From positions 1,160 to 65,159 of the forward strand of contig CAVROQ010000008.1 of NCBI GenBank assembly GCA_963722805.1: a stretch of DNA of 64,000 bases. The letters are read 5' to 3'. Every line of letters begins with the position of its first letter. Positions within the stretch are counted from its first letter, which is position 1. The DNA comes from an uncultured Gammaproteobacteria bacterium. Its GTDB lineage: Bacteria; Pseudomonadota; Gammaproteobacteria; Pseudomonadales; JAHEGP01. Shown in pieces: positions 18,354 to 28,190 of the stretch. Position numbers and translations under genes: made by a program. The notes below the pieces were generated by a model. The model had not been told where the DNA came from, ran no database searches, and saw only the letters and a list, made by a program, of their open reading frames with translations.

Positions 18354-19849
18354 TTAATTAGTCGACCCTGAAAAAGCCTAACTGGTCATCACTACATGAC
18401 TGTGATGGGTCGGTTTGATAAAAAGTCCCGTTATGCCGCTCCAGAAGGAAGCCATTTTCGGGGGCAATAAAAACAATCTCATCCATTTCCTAAAGTTGAA
18501 CGCAGCCGCAGCCATCAGTACGTTGATCTGGTCGCCTTCAAATCCTTTAAGATAACTTCTGTTGAGTCGGTGATCTGACTTCAGGTGACCAATCACCGGC
18601 TCAATACCGGCTCGCTTTCGAAATCGTTTCCGCATCAGTGCCTTGTAGGCACCGTTGTTATTCCGGGTGGTTGTACTGGGCCTTATGATCCGCGTGTCAT
18701 TGATCTTACTCTTCCCTTTGTAGCCTCTGTCACATATGCCAACGGCCGGTTTTAGCGCAGTGAGACGCTTTAATTGCAGAAGCACCTCCGGCAAGGTATG
18801 CCCATCAAATTTGTTGGTATCAAAGGCCATAGCACCGACAATGATTTTGGAATCCCGTGTTGTCGCGATAGAAACTTTAGTGCCAAATTCATAGCGCTTA
18901 TGTTCCTTGCCTTTGCTCATGCAGTAAACATGAGGTTCGTGCAGGCTGTACAGCTTGTGCTTATCTCCTCGCTTTTGGTTCAGTCCACGATGGAATAGTG
19001 CGAAGTCCTCTGCCAGATTTTCCAGAATGTCGAGTGGCAGTTTACGCTCTAATTCCCGAACTAAACGACCGGCAATGGTCTTTAGCCGTTTAACGGCTTT
19101 GCGGGCCTTGGCGCGATTCCTGGGGTGTCCTGCAAAACGACATTCCAGCTTTCTTTGTTTGATTTCCTTCGCGTAACTGCGACGAAGTTTTATGTTTTCC
19201 TTCCTGGCCAGTTTCAGGCAATAAACAATAATCTTTCGATACAACTTTGCATCGGTGGGAAAGGTGACATTTTTTTCCTGTACTGTGGTGTCAATACAGA
19301 CTTCCTCTTCGATGGCCTTCTCGCCGTGAATGGTGATGGAGGATGCCAGTATTTTCTCAAATCCTTTCTCACCCACTCGCTTGCGGAAGTACACCAGATC
19401 GGAAGGGTCACAGGGAAATGACCATTGGAATTCGACCTCTCCACAGAACGCCTGGTAATACGGATTCTGTACCCAGTGCCGCACGACAACCTCGTCGCTA
19501 ACGTTTTCCATGTGCTTGAGAATAGACAAGCCCACCATCAAACGTATAGGTTTGGCGGGCCTTCCAATCGGCGCATACAAGGGCGCAAACTCTGACTCAA
19601 AAAAGTCCCAGGGTATGGTTCGTGCAAGCTGTAACAGAGGGTGCTTCGGATTGAGTTGATCCATTAATCCGGCGGCCATAAAACTCATTTGATGGTGATC
19701 GGGGGAAGAATCTTTCATCGAATAGCCACCTCTATTTCGACCAGATTTAGTGTGAAATACGCGTGAAACTGGTTGAAATTATCTCACATATTCCTGGATT
19801 TACATATAGTATTCAATGGGTTATGAGTTTTTCAGGGTCAACTAATTAA
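18354..19849 (-). mobile_element. IS5-family insertion sequence
   Basis: 22-bp IR with one mismatch: ttaattagtcgaccctgaaaaa at 18354-18375 and tttttcagggtcaactaattaa at 19828-19849. The outer TTAA could be either a target duplication or part of the IR. Confidence 0.85.
18378..19718 (-). CDS. IS5-family DDE transposase
   Basis: InsH-like N-terminus (LNPKHPLLQLARTIPWDFFESEFAPLYAPIGRPAKPIRLMVGLSILKHMENVSDEVVV..NPYYQAFCG) and a DDE core with a C-terminal ..IEPVIGHLKSDHRLNRSYLKG.. motif. Confidence 0.85.
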   Translation of the reverse strand: MKDSSPDHHQMSFMAAGLMDQLNPKHPLLQLARTIPWDFFESEFAPLYAPIGRPAKPIRLMVGLSILKHMENVSDEVVVRHWVQNPYYQAFCGEVEFQWSFPCDPSDLVYFRKRVGEKGFEKILASSITIHGEKAIEEEVCIDTTVQEKNVTFPTDAKLYRKIIVYCLKLARKENIKLRRSYAKEIKQRKLECRFAGHPRNRAKARKAVKRLKTIAGRLVRELERKLPLDILENLAEDFALFHRGLNQKRGDKHKLYSLHEPHVYCMSKGKEHKRYEFGTKVSIATTRDSKIIVGAMAFDTNKFDGHTLPEVLLQLKRLTALKPAVGICDRGYKGKSKINDTRIIRPSTTTRNNNGAYKALMRKRFRKRAGIEPVIGHLKSDHRLNRSYLKGFEGDQINVLMAAAAFNFRKWMRLFLLPPKMASFWSGITGLFIKPTHHSHVVMTS

Positions 19850-19851
19850 TA

Positions 19852-21573
19852 TCAATCAGCCAAATAACTCAGTGGATATAAGCTAATATCAGCTCGGTAG
19901 TAATTGCCCAGCGCTATAGGTTCACCCACGGTGACGCCTGGGTTCTCCCTGATGACCTCCAACGACGTTTGGTCATTCCAGATATCGCTGAATAGAAAAT
20001 AATCCGGGCGGACTTTCTCAATGCTCTCGGCTCGGTTAAATACCCAGCTTACGTATAGTGACGGGATATTCGATTCTGCTGCGAAGAAGGCTGCCCAGTC
20101 GCCAGCAATTGATCGCCCATCTTCGACATTCTCCACTAATTTGGTGCGCACAGTTTGTGAGTCGTAGGATGGTGATGCGACATTGAGGCCGGTGATGCCG
20201 ATACTCATTACAACATAGGCAATCAGTGACAGCTTGATCACCGTTTTCAGGTGAACATCAGAAAGTACTAGTCTATAGCGATACAGCATTGCCAGTGTTG
20301 CCGCTGCTACTAAGGGAAAGGTCCACAGCAAGCCAGCTTTGCTAAAGCCCGAGTAGTCGTCTGAGAACGGGGTAACCAGATAACTATTGGCCACATTCAT
20401 CAGCGACAAAATCGTCATTACTATTAAACCAGCGACAAATATCTGCTCTGTCTTTCGCATTTCATGCCAGGACTTAAGCGGCGGGGAAGCTTGTCCTTGC
20501 CGGTAGAGCCAGTCGACAATAATCATGATGGCCGCAGGTACAATCGGAACCGAATAGCGGGGCGGATTGTAGCCAAACAGATTGAGTAAAACAGGTGCCA
20601 GCACCACGGTAGCAGCCATAGCCATCCGAAACAGGTTCCGTCGCAACAGCTGGGAGTTCTCTGCGATGGTGTGGATAATACATAAATAGGCTGTAGTGAG
20701 CAGGAAAGGGGACAGTTCGGCAATGTTGTTCCAGAATATTACCTGGGGGTGAGCGATGATTTCTGATATTCCCCCAGCGACTCTGCGTATCCATATCTCT
20801 CGCGCAAGGAACAGCACCACCAGCAGTGCTAATACCAGCAACGACACAATTATTAAGCTTTTGCGCGTGCGGAACCTGGCGAAGCGCTCATCGAGTACAA
20901 ATGCCAGCGCAATAATGGCGCTGGCGGGCGCTACATAAACCAGCCCCGACATTTTTACTGTAAGGCCTGCCACCAGGCCAGAGACTGCAAGTATGCTTAT
21001 AGCGAGCACATGCTGGTGTGGCTTCACCAGCAGGAGCAGAAAAAAGCCGATAAAGGTAAATACAATCAGATCAATTTCAAATAGTGCCACACGCGAAAAG
21101 CTGAATAGTGCGGGGTCAACGGCAATCATAAACGTTGCAAGCAGGGCCGCGCTCGGCCCCCAAAAGCGGGCCGTTACTGCTGCCACCATGAGTAAAAACG
21201 CCCCAAACATAATGACGCTAACAAGCCTGGCGCTGGCAAGTTCCAGTCCCCAGGCTTTAAAAGCCAGATAGTAACTCTGCTGGGTAAATGGGCTCCCCTT
21301 GCTCCATCCCGGGTAATCGTCGTTGGCGTTCCAGTGGGTATCACCAAACACGATGCGATTCCTGGCATCCAGGGTTTTATAGCCTTCGTCGATTTGCAAG
21401 CCTACATCATGTGGTATGTACCAGCCCGGTGGGTCGGCATCCAGGTTGAGCAGGCGAACGCCAATAGCGGTTAGTATGATAATTAGTAGCATTAGCCAGC
21501 GGCGAGAGCTGCTAAGCGCTGTTGCCGGGTTGGCTTCGGATGGGTAACACTTTTGCAAGCTAGTAGTGTTCAT
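19852..21573 (-). CDS. GT-C fold glycosyltransferase (GT39/GT83, ArnT/PMT-like) that would use a polyprenyl-phosphate sugar donor
   Basis: About 573 aa, with 11 or more TM segments. The first periplasmic loop carries the acidic motif LQIDEGYKT. A soluble C-terminal domain of about 110 aa follows. Start re-called to the ATG at 21573. Confidence 0.65.
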   Translation of the reverse strand: MNTTSLQKCYPSEANPATALSSSRRWLMLLIIILTAIGVRLLNLDADPPGWYIPHDVGLQIDEGYKTLDARNRIVFGDTHWNANDDYPGWSKGSPFTQQSYYLAFKAWGLELASARLVSVIMFGAFLLMVAAVTARFWGPSAALLATFMIAVDPALFSFSRVALFEIDLIVFTFIGFFLLLLVKPHQHVLAISILAVSGLVAGLTVKMSGLVYVAPASAIIALAFVLDERFARFRTRKSLIIVSLLVLALLVVLFLAREIWIRRVAGGISEIIAHPQVIFWNNIAELSPFLLTTAYLCIIHTIAENSQLLRRNLFRMAMAATVVLAPVLLNLFGYNPPRYSVPIVPAAIMIIVDWLYRQGQASPPLKSWHEMRKTEQIFVAGLIVMTILSLMNVANSYLVTPFSDDYSGFSKAGLLWTFPLVAAATLAMLYRYRLVLSDVHLKTVIKLSLIAYVVMSIGITGLNVASPSYDSQTVRTKLVENVEDGRSIAGDWAAFFAAESNIPSLYVSWVFNRAESIEKVRPDYFLFSDIWNDQTSLEVIRENPGVTVGEPIALGNYYRADISLYPLSYLAD

Positions 21574-21815
21574 AGTATCTGTGCATTCGGGGTGGGTCCT
21601 GTAACGCCTAATTCCCATTATAGAATCTTTTAGCGTAAGTACTTATTTTGTAGATGAAAATTGACCCAGCGATAAAAATGCTGCGAGGCAGGATTAACTC
21701 AAGCGGGCGATTATAGCCAAGAGATGCGGCGGTTAATACGTTTTCAGAGCGCTGAGGCAAGTAGCGATAAGTCAGCGCTCAAAGGCAGTAAAAGCCCTGC
21801 TCAGGCTCTAAACTA

Positions 21816-22763
21816 TTAGTTGATAATCTCTCGAATCTTGTATTCCTTAACTTCCTTGGAGTGGGTGAAGATGATGGTCTCTCCCACCAACCCAATGGCA
21901 ACCAATTGAATCCCCAGCACAATAAACAGTGCGCTAATCAATAACAGCGGGCGGTCAGCCGCGCCGACGTCAAAAAATAACCTTTGAACCGTCACTAACA
22001 GCAGGCCAAGACTACCAAACAGCGCTGCGCCGGTGCCAATAAGGCCAAAAAAACGTAGTGGTTTCTTATTGAATTTGGTGAGAAAAACAATAGTTAGCAG
22101 ATCAAGGAAGCGTCGAATATAGATGCCGGGAGAGTATATGCGGCTGTGTGCGTCTGCTTCCGCTTGCGGCAGATCTACCTCTTTAACCCTGAAGCCCTGG
22201 CCGCTGGCGATAACCGGTAAAAAGCGATGCTGGTCCCCGTAAATATTGAGTTCGATAAGGACATCTTTACGTACCAGCCTTACGCCGCATCCAAGGTCGC
22301 CAAACTCAATGTCAGTCAGCATTCGAATGGTTGAATTGAACAAGCCAGCTTGCATCTGGTTTAGGCCAGAGTCGATTCTTGGATTCCTGTTAGCTACCAC
22401 CATGTCACACTCGGCAATGTGGTCGAACAGGCTGCCAAGGCAGTCTGAGCGCACTTGCTCGTAGGGCGGTAGTATTAGTATCAGTTCTCCTTTGGCGGTG
22501 CTGGTGCCCACTTCAATAGCGGTAGCTTCACCAAAGTCCTTGCTCAGCACCAGCATCGATGTGTTGAGGTCCTCGCTCAACAGTGGCCGTAATTGAGCTG
22601 TTATTGGCTCCGAACTGGGTACCAGTACAAAAATATATTCAAAAGTTTTGCCCGTTGATTCAAGCGCACGCCTGTACTTTTGGTAGTTGTTGATTGTCTG
22701 GTCGTGACGTTCGCAGATAGGTATCACAACGCTAACATCAATGGCTGAGGTTTCGCTGGTCAC
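21816..22763 (-). CDS. GT2-like membrane protein: degenerate paralog of the adjacent polyprenyl-phosphate glycosyltransferase, with catalytic acidic motifs replaced
   Basis: Colinear with the neighbouring protein (including ..GDQHRFLPVIAS.. versus ..NEMHRFIPALLS.., and two C-terminal TM helices). The key motifs differ: ICERHDQ for YNEEDS, FVLVPSSEP for FVNDGSSDS, and ILPPYEQ for MDGDLQ. Confidence 0.6.
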   Translation of the reverse strand: MTSETSAIDVSVVIPICERHDQTINNYQKYRRALESTGKTFEYIFVLVPSSEPITAQLRPLLSEDLNTSMLVLSKDFGEATAIEVGTSTAKGELILILPPYEQVRSDCLGSLFDHIAECDMVVANRNPRIDSGLNQMQAGLFNSTIRMLTDIEFGDLGCGVRLVRKDVLIELNIYGDQHRFLPVIASGQGFRVKEVDLPQAEADAHSRIYSPGIYIRRFLDLLTIVFLTKFNKKPLRFFGLIGTGAALFGSLGLLLVTVQRLFFDVGAADRPLLLISALFIVLGIQLVAIGLVGETIIFTHSKEVKEYKIREIIN

Positions 22764-22767
22764 GGGG

Positions 22768-23757
22768 TTAATCCTTATCAGTAGCGGTTTGCGTTAAACG
22801 GTCTTTGCCTTGCGCTGCTTTCGGTTCACGTTTGTATAGCACCAGGTTGGATAGGTGCAGATCACCTTTTTGGTAGGCAAATTCACACAAAAAGCCCAGT
22901 CCCATCAAGAAAAAGGAAAGTGATACCAGAATGACCGACATGGAGCTATAGACAATGGCAGGCTGGTCCATCGCCAGTGTTCTGGCCGCTGCATAAAGGT
23001 AGAACATGGACGCAAGAAAAGGCACCGCTGCCAAACTAGCGAACCACCGCGCCGGGTGTTTCATCAAGGATAAAATGGTCTTGATCATCAGCAGGTCGAT
23101 CAGCACTTTGTAGATTCTCGACAGTCCATACTTGGATTCGCCAAATTGTCGCGCATGGTGCTTAACTTTGACCTGGGCGATTTTGGCGCCAGACAGAGAT
23201 AGCAGTGCCGGAATGAAGCGATGCATCTCATTATAAAATGGCGTGCTCTTCATCACGTTGGCCTGGTAGACCTTGAGCGAGCAGCCATTATCCTTGATGG
23301 GCACGCCGGTGACTTTGCCGATCAGCCAATTGGCTATTTTCGACGGTACTTTACGCGTAATCAACTTATCCTGCCTGTTGTGACGCCATCCCACCACAAT
23401 ATCGTAGCCCTGTGCCAGGGTGTCGAGCATCATCGGGATATCGCTAGGATCATTTTGCAGGTCGCCATCCATAGTAATAAGGATGTCACCGCGAGCATGG
23501 TCGATGCCCGCAGCCATGGCGGGTGTTTGACCGTAATTGCGACGAAAGTCAATAACCCGGAGCCTTGGGTCAGCGTTGGCCAGTTCAGCTGCCCTCTCAA
23601 AAGTGCTATCTGAGCTGCCATCGTTGACGAATAGCAGCTCGTAGCGGTAGGGCCGGCTGGTCATGGCAGCAGTGATTGCCTCATACAGTAGTGCCACGCT
23701 GTCCTCTTCGTTGTATAGAGGAACTATCACCGAGTGAAGGGCTGGTAGAGTATCCAT
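22768..23757 (-). CDS. Polyprenyl-phosphate glycosyltransferase, GT2 (ArnC/GtrB/DPM1-like)
   Basis: Canonical motifs IVPLYNEE, FVNDGSSDST, RRNYGQTPAMAAG and ITMDGDLQNDP, with two C-terminal TM helices. Start is the ATG at 23757 or the GTG at 23772. Confidence 0.8.
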   Translation of the reverse strand: MDTLPALHSVIVPLYNEEDSVALLYEAITAAMTSRPYRYELLFVNDGSSDSTFERAAELANADPRLRVIDFRRNYGQTPAMAAGIDHARGDILITMDGDLQNDPSDIPMMLDTLAQGYDIVVGWRHNRQDKLITRKVPSKIANWLIGKVTGVPIKDNGCSLKVYQANVMKSTPFYNEMHRFIPALLSLSGAKIAQVKVKHHARQFGESKYGLSRIYKVLIDLLMIKTILSLMKHPARWFASLAAVPFLASMFYLYAAARTLAMDQPAIVYSSMSVILVSLSFFLMGLGFLCEFAYQKGDLHLSNLVLYKREPKAAQGKDRLTQTATDKD

Positions 23758-23879
23758 TGGGGAACCGGTCACGGCTGCGGGTGTATATCTGGCTGTGTTT
23801 GCGATGTAGAAAAATCATAGTTCATGGCATTGCCTTCTACAAACCGACAAGTGCGCTGATCACAACGTACTTTACTGCG

Positions 23880-25584
23880 TTACTGTTCATTGCGGCAAAA
23901 GCGGCTGCGTCGATAGTTGGCATCGATCATATGCAGCCCGTCGACAGCATTAAAGGTATGGGTGCCGATAATTCTTGGGTCCCAATGAGGCTCGATACTT
24001 GAAACAACGGCCTCGCAGTAGTCGTCGGTACTTAGTCGTGTTATTTCGTTAATCTGAAAGCCATAACCGTAGCGTCGCGAAGAATTTTGGCCCGGACGGT
24101 AGAGACCTTCACCATGCTTGAAAATCTTGCCCGCTGGCCGTGCTTTGCGACAGTCTGAGATTATCGGGTTTTTTGGGTGCGGCTGCCATTCATTGCTAAG
24201 CAGATTCTCAGAGCTAAAAATGCACAGCTCATCCGCCAGCGACGCGCCTCTGGTTTCGGTAACGTTAGCAAACATCCACCACCGGCCATCCTGGTAGTGC
24301 AGGGTGGCATCACCGGCACGAATATCTTCCATCAAGTTCATAGCAAATTCCCAACGGTAAGGGAATTCAACGCATTTATACAGCTCGACGGTGCGGTTGC
24401 TCTGGGTCTCTGGAATCATATAGAAATTGTTTTCGTGTTCGAACACGAACGGGTAAGACAAATGGTAAGGCCGCTCCAACACGCGCTTAGGAGCTCCGTA
24501 TTGGCCGGTCTCGTCCATTTCAATGACGGATATGAATCCTCTATCGGTGCCAAAAATAAACTCTTCGATAAAAATATAGTAGCAACCGTCTTTGTGGATA
24601 ATATGCGGGTCGGCATAGAAGCGATCTTTAGGGGGCATGATTTTTTTATAGCGCCACAGTGAAGACGAAAAGCTATCCTTTAGGTCGTACATCAAGATCC
24701 ACTGATTGATGTAAAGGTTGTTGAAGTAAAGGTCAATGATTTTTTCAATAACCTTGCTCGATAGCAATTTGGCCATTTCATAGTTGGTCGGCATGACATA
24801 AAGGCGCTCAGAGTAAAGCTCTGGGTGGCGGTTGTCATGCTGGACCTGCCTGAAGAATTCGTCTGGGCCAGCTTCATACAGCTCCTGCATTTTTCGGGTC
24901 ATAAATGACAAGGTCTTCCATTTGTTGCGGCTGCGGTTATCCTTGACCGACATTGAGCTGGTGCTTGAGTAAGAGCGGTAGAGCACCATGCCATTGTCCA
25001 GATCTTCGTTGAGAATTTGCAGGATTGAGCCATTTACCGGCCAGCTCTCCATACTCTCCCAAAAACCTGCCGGGCCACCGCGATTAATCCGGTTGTCGCC
25101 ATGATGAAACGACCATACGCCATACCTGGCAATGGTTAGTATGTCGCCGCGCAGAATACGAAAACCGCAACGAATCAGAATGTCCAGTTTGTAGGATTCG
25201 ATATGGCTGATATCAGTGCTCTCGAAGCGATCCGACCACCGGGTTTTGATTGGCTTGCACTTTATGATCGGGATATTTGAAAGCAGAGCCTCGGCGTTGA
25301 CTTTCTCGCTGGCATCTGGGACCGAGTGTTTGCGTTCAATCAAAAGATAATAAAGGGCATTGAGCAGGCGCCCGATGCCTATGGATGGCAGACGCTTGTA
25401 GTTCCGCCTGAGCTTTTGGGAGCAGACTGCTATTTCCCTGCTTCATGGCAGTTTCGTTCAGGATGACAAGCTTTACTTCGGCAAAATCAGATTCCAGGAT
25501 GTCCTTTATCATCTTATGCTGCCAAGCTGACATCCGCTGGTTATCGTCAAGCAGTAAGCCGATTCGAAGTTTAGCTTTGGTCAT
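23880..25584 (-). pseudogene. Two-domain protein split by a 1-nt frameshift: a formyltransferase-like N-terminal domain and a C-terminal domain of unknown function that may be propeller-like
   Basis: The N-terminal 82-aa ORF (MTKAKLRIGLLLDD..) and the 487-aa ORF join if the T4 run at 25414-25417 is read as T3 (..SSLLPKLRRNYKRLPSIGIGRLLNALYY..). The Fmt-like core is DILIRCGFRILRGDILTIARYGVWSFHHGDNRINRGGPAGFWE. The C-terminal half reads FYADPHIIHKDGCYYIFIEEF. Confidence 0.6.
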
Positions 25585-25802
25585 TAAGGCAGCGAGTCCG
25601 GATTAATTTGATTTCTTCCAGTCCTGTTTCGGAGGGTTTGCGACAATGATTTCGACATTTTAGCTACCGGCGCAGCAAGGCCTGCCCTTTGATTATGGTA
25701 TTAGCATAAATCGCTAAGTTAGTAGGGAATTATAGACAAGATAGCACTTTGCCGGGAGTAATATAATGGTTTTTCCGCGCGGATATCTTTGTAAGTGTGC
25801 GA

Positions 25803-26909
25803 TCATTCAGTGGCCGCAGCGTGTTGGTATACCACTAGATGCTGCTGCGCCATAGCTTGTGAAGAATAGTGATCCAGCAGCTGTTGTCGAGCTATTTCAG
25901 TGAGTTGTGCTGCATCGGTGGGCCGTTCAATGATGTTGTTTAGCACCTCGGCAAACCCCTCTACCCGCTGCGTTTCCAGTACATAACCACACCGGCCGTG
26001 TCCCAGCAATTCGGGTAGGCCGCCAATACTGTGGGTGACAATAAGGGTGTTATGTTTCATGGCTTCCAGCGCTACCATTGGCAGTCCTTCGTGGTCGGAA
26101 CATATTACCAGTGCATCGAGTTTACCGATATACGCTTCGGCATTTTCGACGTGACCGACAAAGGTCACTTGTTCATCGACACCAAGGTCTGTTGCTAGCT
26201 GTTCAAGCTCTTGGCGCAAAGGGCCATCGCCGATGACGCTGAAAGCTGGCCTGCTTTCAGGAGATTGTGTGGCCAACACTTTTTGCGCAATCTGCAGGAA
26301 CAAATCTAGGCGTTTTACCGGTACAAGCCTCCCGACAATACCGATTTTAAGTGGTGGCTTGAATTTGTTCTGCAGGCCGAGCGAAGCCTCATCCAACTCT
26401 ATACCATTGGCAATGACACAGACCTTTTTTTGGCCATAACTGCCCCGCAGTTCTAATGCCAAAGGCTCCGATACCGAGATGACTTTTTTTTGCAACAATC
26501 TGCCGGTCAAAAAATCGGCATCGTGAATTAGTCTTTTTCTCAGGTTGAGCTTCCCGAACGCATGTTCGTTGGCGCCATGCTGGGTTCGAACACTGGGTAT
26601 CCGGTGCCGTGCTGCAACCAGGCCACCAATAATGTTTTCCTTTAAACGGTGGGTATGAATAATGTCGGGTTGAATTTTTTTAACCCACTGGTTCACCGCG
26701 TGAGCCAGTTGCACTATATTCTGGCGACTTTCGTCCAGTACCAGCAGTTCTACGCCCGCCGATCGGAGGCGTTCTGCCAGTGTTCCTGGGTTAAGGATGA
26801 CAGCAGCTACGCGAGTCTGTTGCGTTTTCTGCAATTCTACAGCCAGGGTGTAAAGTGCCTTCTCGGCGCCGGCCCATAGGTCGCCAGAAGCAATATGGAG
26901 TACTTTCAT
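25803..26909 (-). CDS. Glycosyltransferase, GT4 family
   Basis: 368 aa. N-terminus MKVLHIASGDLWAGAEK. E-X7-E region SDHEGLPMVALEAMKHNTLIV. Confidence 0.8.
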   Translation of the reverse strand: MKVLHIASGDLWAGAEKALYTLAVELQKTQQTRVAAVILNPGTLAERLRSAGVELLVLDESRQNIVQLAHAVNQWVKKIQPDIIHTHRLKENIIGGLVAARHRIPSVRTQHGANEHAFGKLNLRKRLIHDADFLTGRLLQKKVISVSEPLALELRGSYGQKKVCVIANGIELDEASLGLQNKFKPPLKIGIVGRLVPVKRLDLFLQIAQKVLATQSPESRPAFSVIGDGPLRQELEQLATDLGVDEQVTFVGHVENAEAYIGKLDALVICSDHEGLPMVALEAMKHNTLIVTHSIGGLPELLGHGRCGYVLETQRVEGFAEVLNNIIERPTDAAQLTEIARQQLLDHYSSQAMAQQHLVVYQHAAATE

Positions 26910-27056
26910 AAAAGCCAGAAGAAATCCACCGAGTAAATATAAGCTGCTATGTTACATGCATGTGGTCAAATTAATGCCATAATTAGGGCCGTAGTATAGC
27001 CCTATTACGTATCTAAAGCCGGCTTTCTTGTTGAATCGATTACCTTGAGAAACCGT

Positions 27057-28190
27057 ATGAAACTGGTGTTTTGGCTGTTAGCTGCTGCTGCGGCCTACAG
27101 CTACTTTATCTACGCTGCCTTGCTGCAAGTGCTGCCTAAGCGCCGCGCCTTTGTGGCGTTGGATAGTGGCGCCGAATTGCCCAAGGTAAGCCTGATTATT
27201 ACCGCCTATAACGAAGCCCGCCGCCTTGAGGAAAAACTGGAGAACTCGCTGGCCCTGGATTACCCAGAGGAGCTGTTGGAGATTATCGTTGCTTCTGATT
27301 GCTCTGAAGACGAAACCGACAGCATTGCCGAGAACTTTGCGCCGGGTCGAGTTCGGCTGGTCCGGGCAGACCAACGCAAAGGTAAGGAATATGCCCAGTA
27401 CTGTGCGATTCAGCAGGCCAGTGGCGAGATATTGGTTTTCTCGGACGTCGCGACCAGTATTTGCGCGGGCGCAATTCGTAACCTGGTCGACTATTTTCGT
27501 GACCCACGCATTGGTGCCATCTCCAGCGAAGATCATTTCGTTAGCCAGGATGGGACGGTTGTAGGAGAGGGTGCCTACGTCAGGTATGAAATGTGGTTGC
27601 GGCGGCTAGAGTCCGACTGTGCTGGGCTGGTCGGTCTTAGTGGATCGTTTTTTGCGGCACGAGCTTCGGTTTGCCAGCAATGGGATATCTACTCCCCCAG
27701 TGATTTCAATACCGCCCTGAGTTGTGTGCAGCAGGACCTGATCGCCATAACCGCTCCAGACGTGCAGGGGCACTATAAGGATATTGTAGATAGCAAGCGA
27801 GAGTACCAGCGTAAGGTGAGAACCGTGCTGCGGGGCATGACGGCTCTTGTGCGCCACCCGGAAGTACTGAGTTATCGGCGCTACGGCCTATTTTCAGTGC
27901 AACTGTGGAGCCATAAGATAATGCGTTGGGCGGTACCCTGGTTGCTGCTGGCACTTTTTTTGGTGTCATGTTTCTTATGGAATGAAGGAACGGTATATCG
28001 ACTCGCATTAATTGCTCAGCTGGTATTCTATGTCGTCGGGCTTGTAGGCTGGTTGTTGCCAGTCAGTCGAGAAATTGGCATGGTGAGGATGGTTTTTTTC
28101 TTCCAACTGGTGAACGTTGCCCTGGCGGAAGCTTTTATCAAGCTGGTAAAAGGCGATCGTATTTACGTTTGGAAACCCTCGCAGCGATGA
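27057..28190 (+). CDS. Glycosyltransferase, GT2 family, membrane-anchored
   Basis: Motifs VSLIITAYNE, IVASDCSEDETD and VFSDVAT, with an N-terminal TM helix and C-terminal TM helices. Start re-called to the ATG at 27057. Confidence 0.75.
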   Translation: MKLVFWLLAAAAAYSYFIYAALLQVLPKRRAFVALDSGAELPKVSLIITAYNEARRLEEKLENSLALDYPEELLEIIVASDCSEDETDSIAENFAPGRVRLVRADQRKGKEYAQYCAIQQASGEILVFSDVATSICAGAIRNLVDYFRDPRIGAISSEDHFVSQDGTVVGEGAYVRYEMWLRRLESDCAGLVGLSGSFFAARASVCQQWDIYSPSDFNTALSCVQQDLIAITAPDVQGHYKDIVDSKREYQRKVRTVLRGMTALVRHPEVLSYRRYGLFSVQLWSHKIMRWAVPWLLLALFLVSCFLWNEGTVYRLALIAQLVFYVVGLVGWLLPVSREIGMVRMVFFFQLVNVALAEAFIKLVKGDRIYVWKPSQR

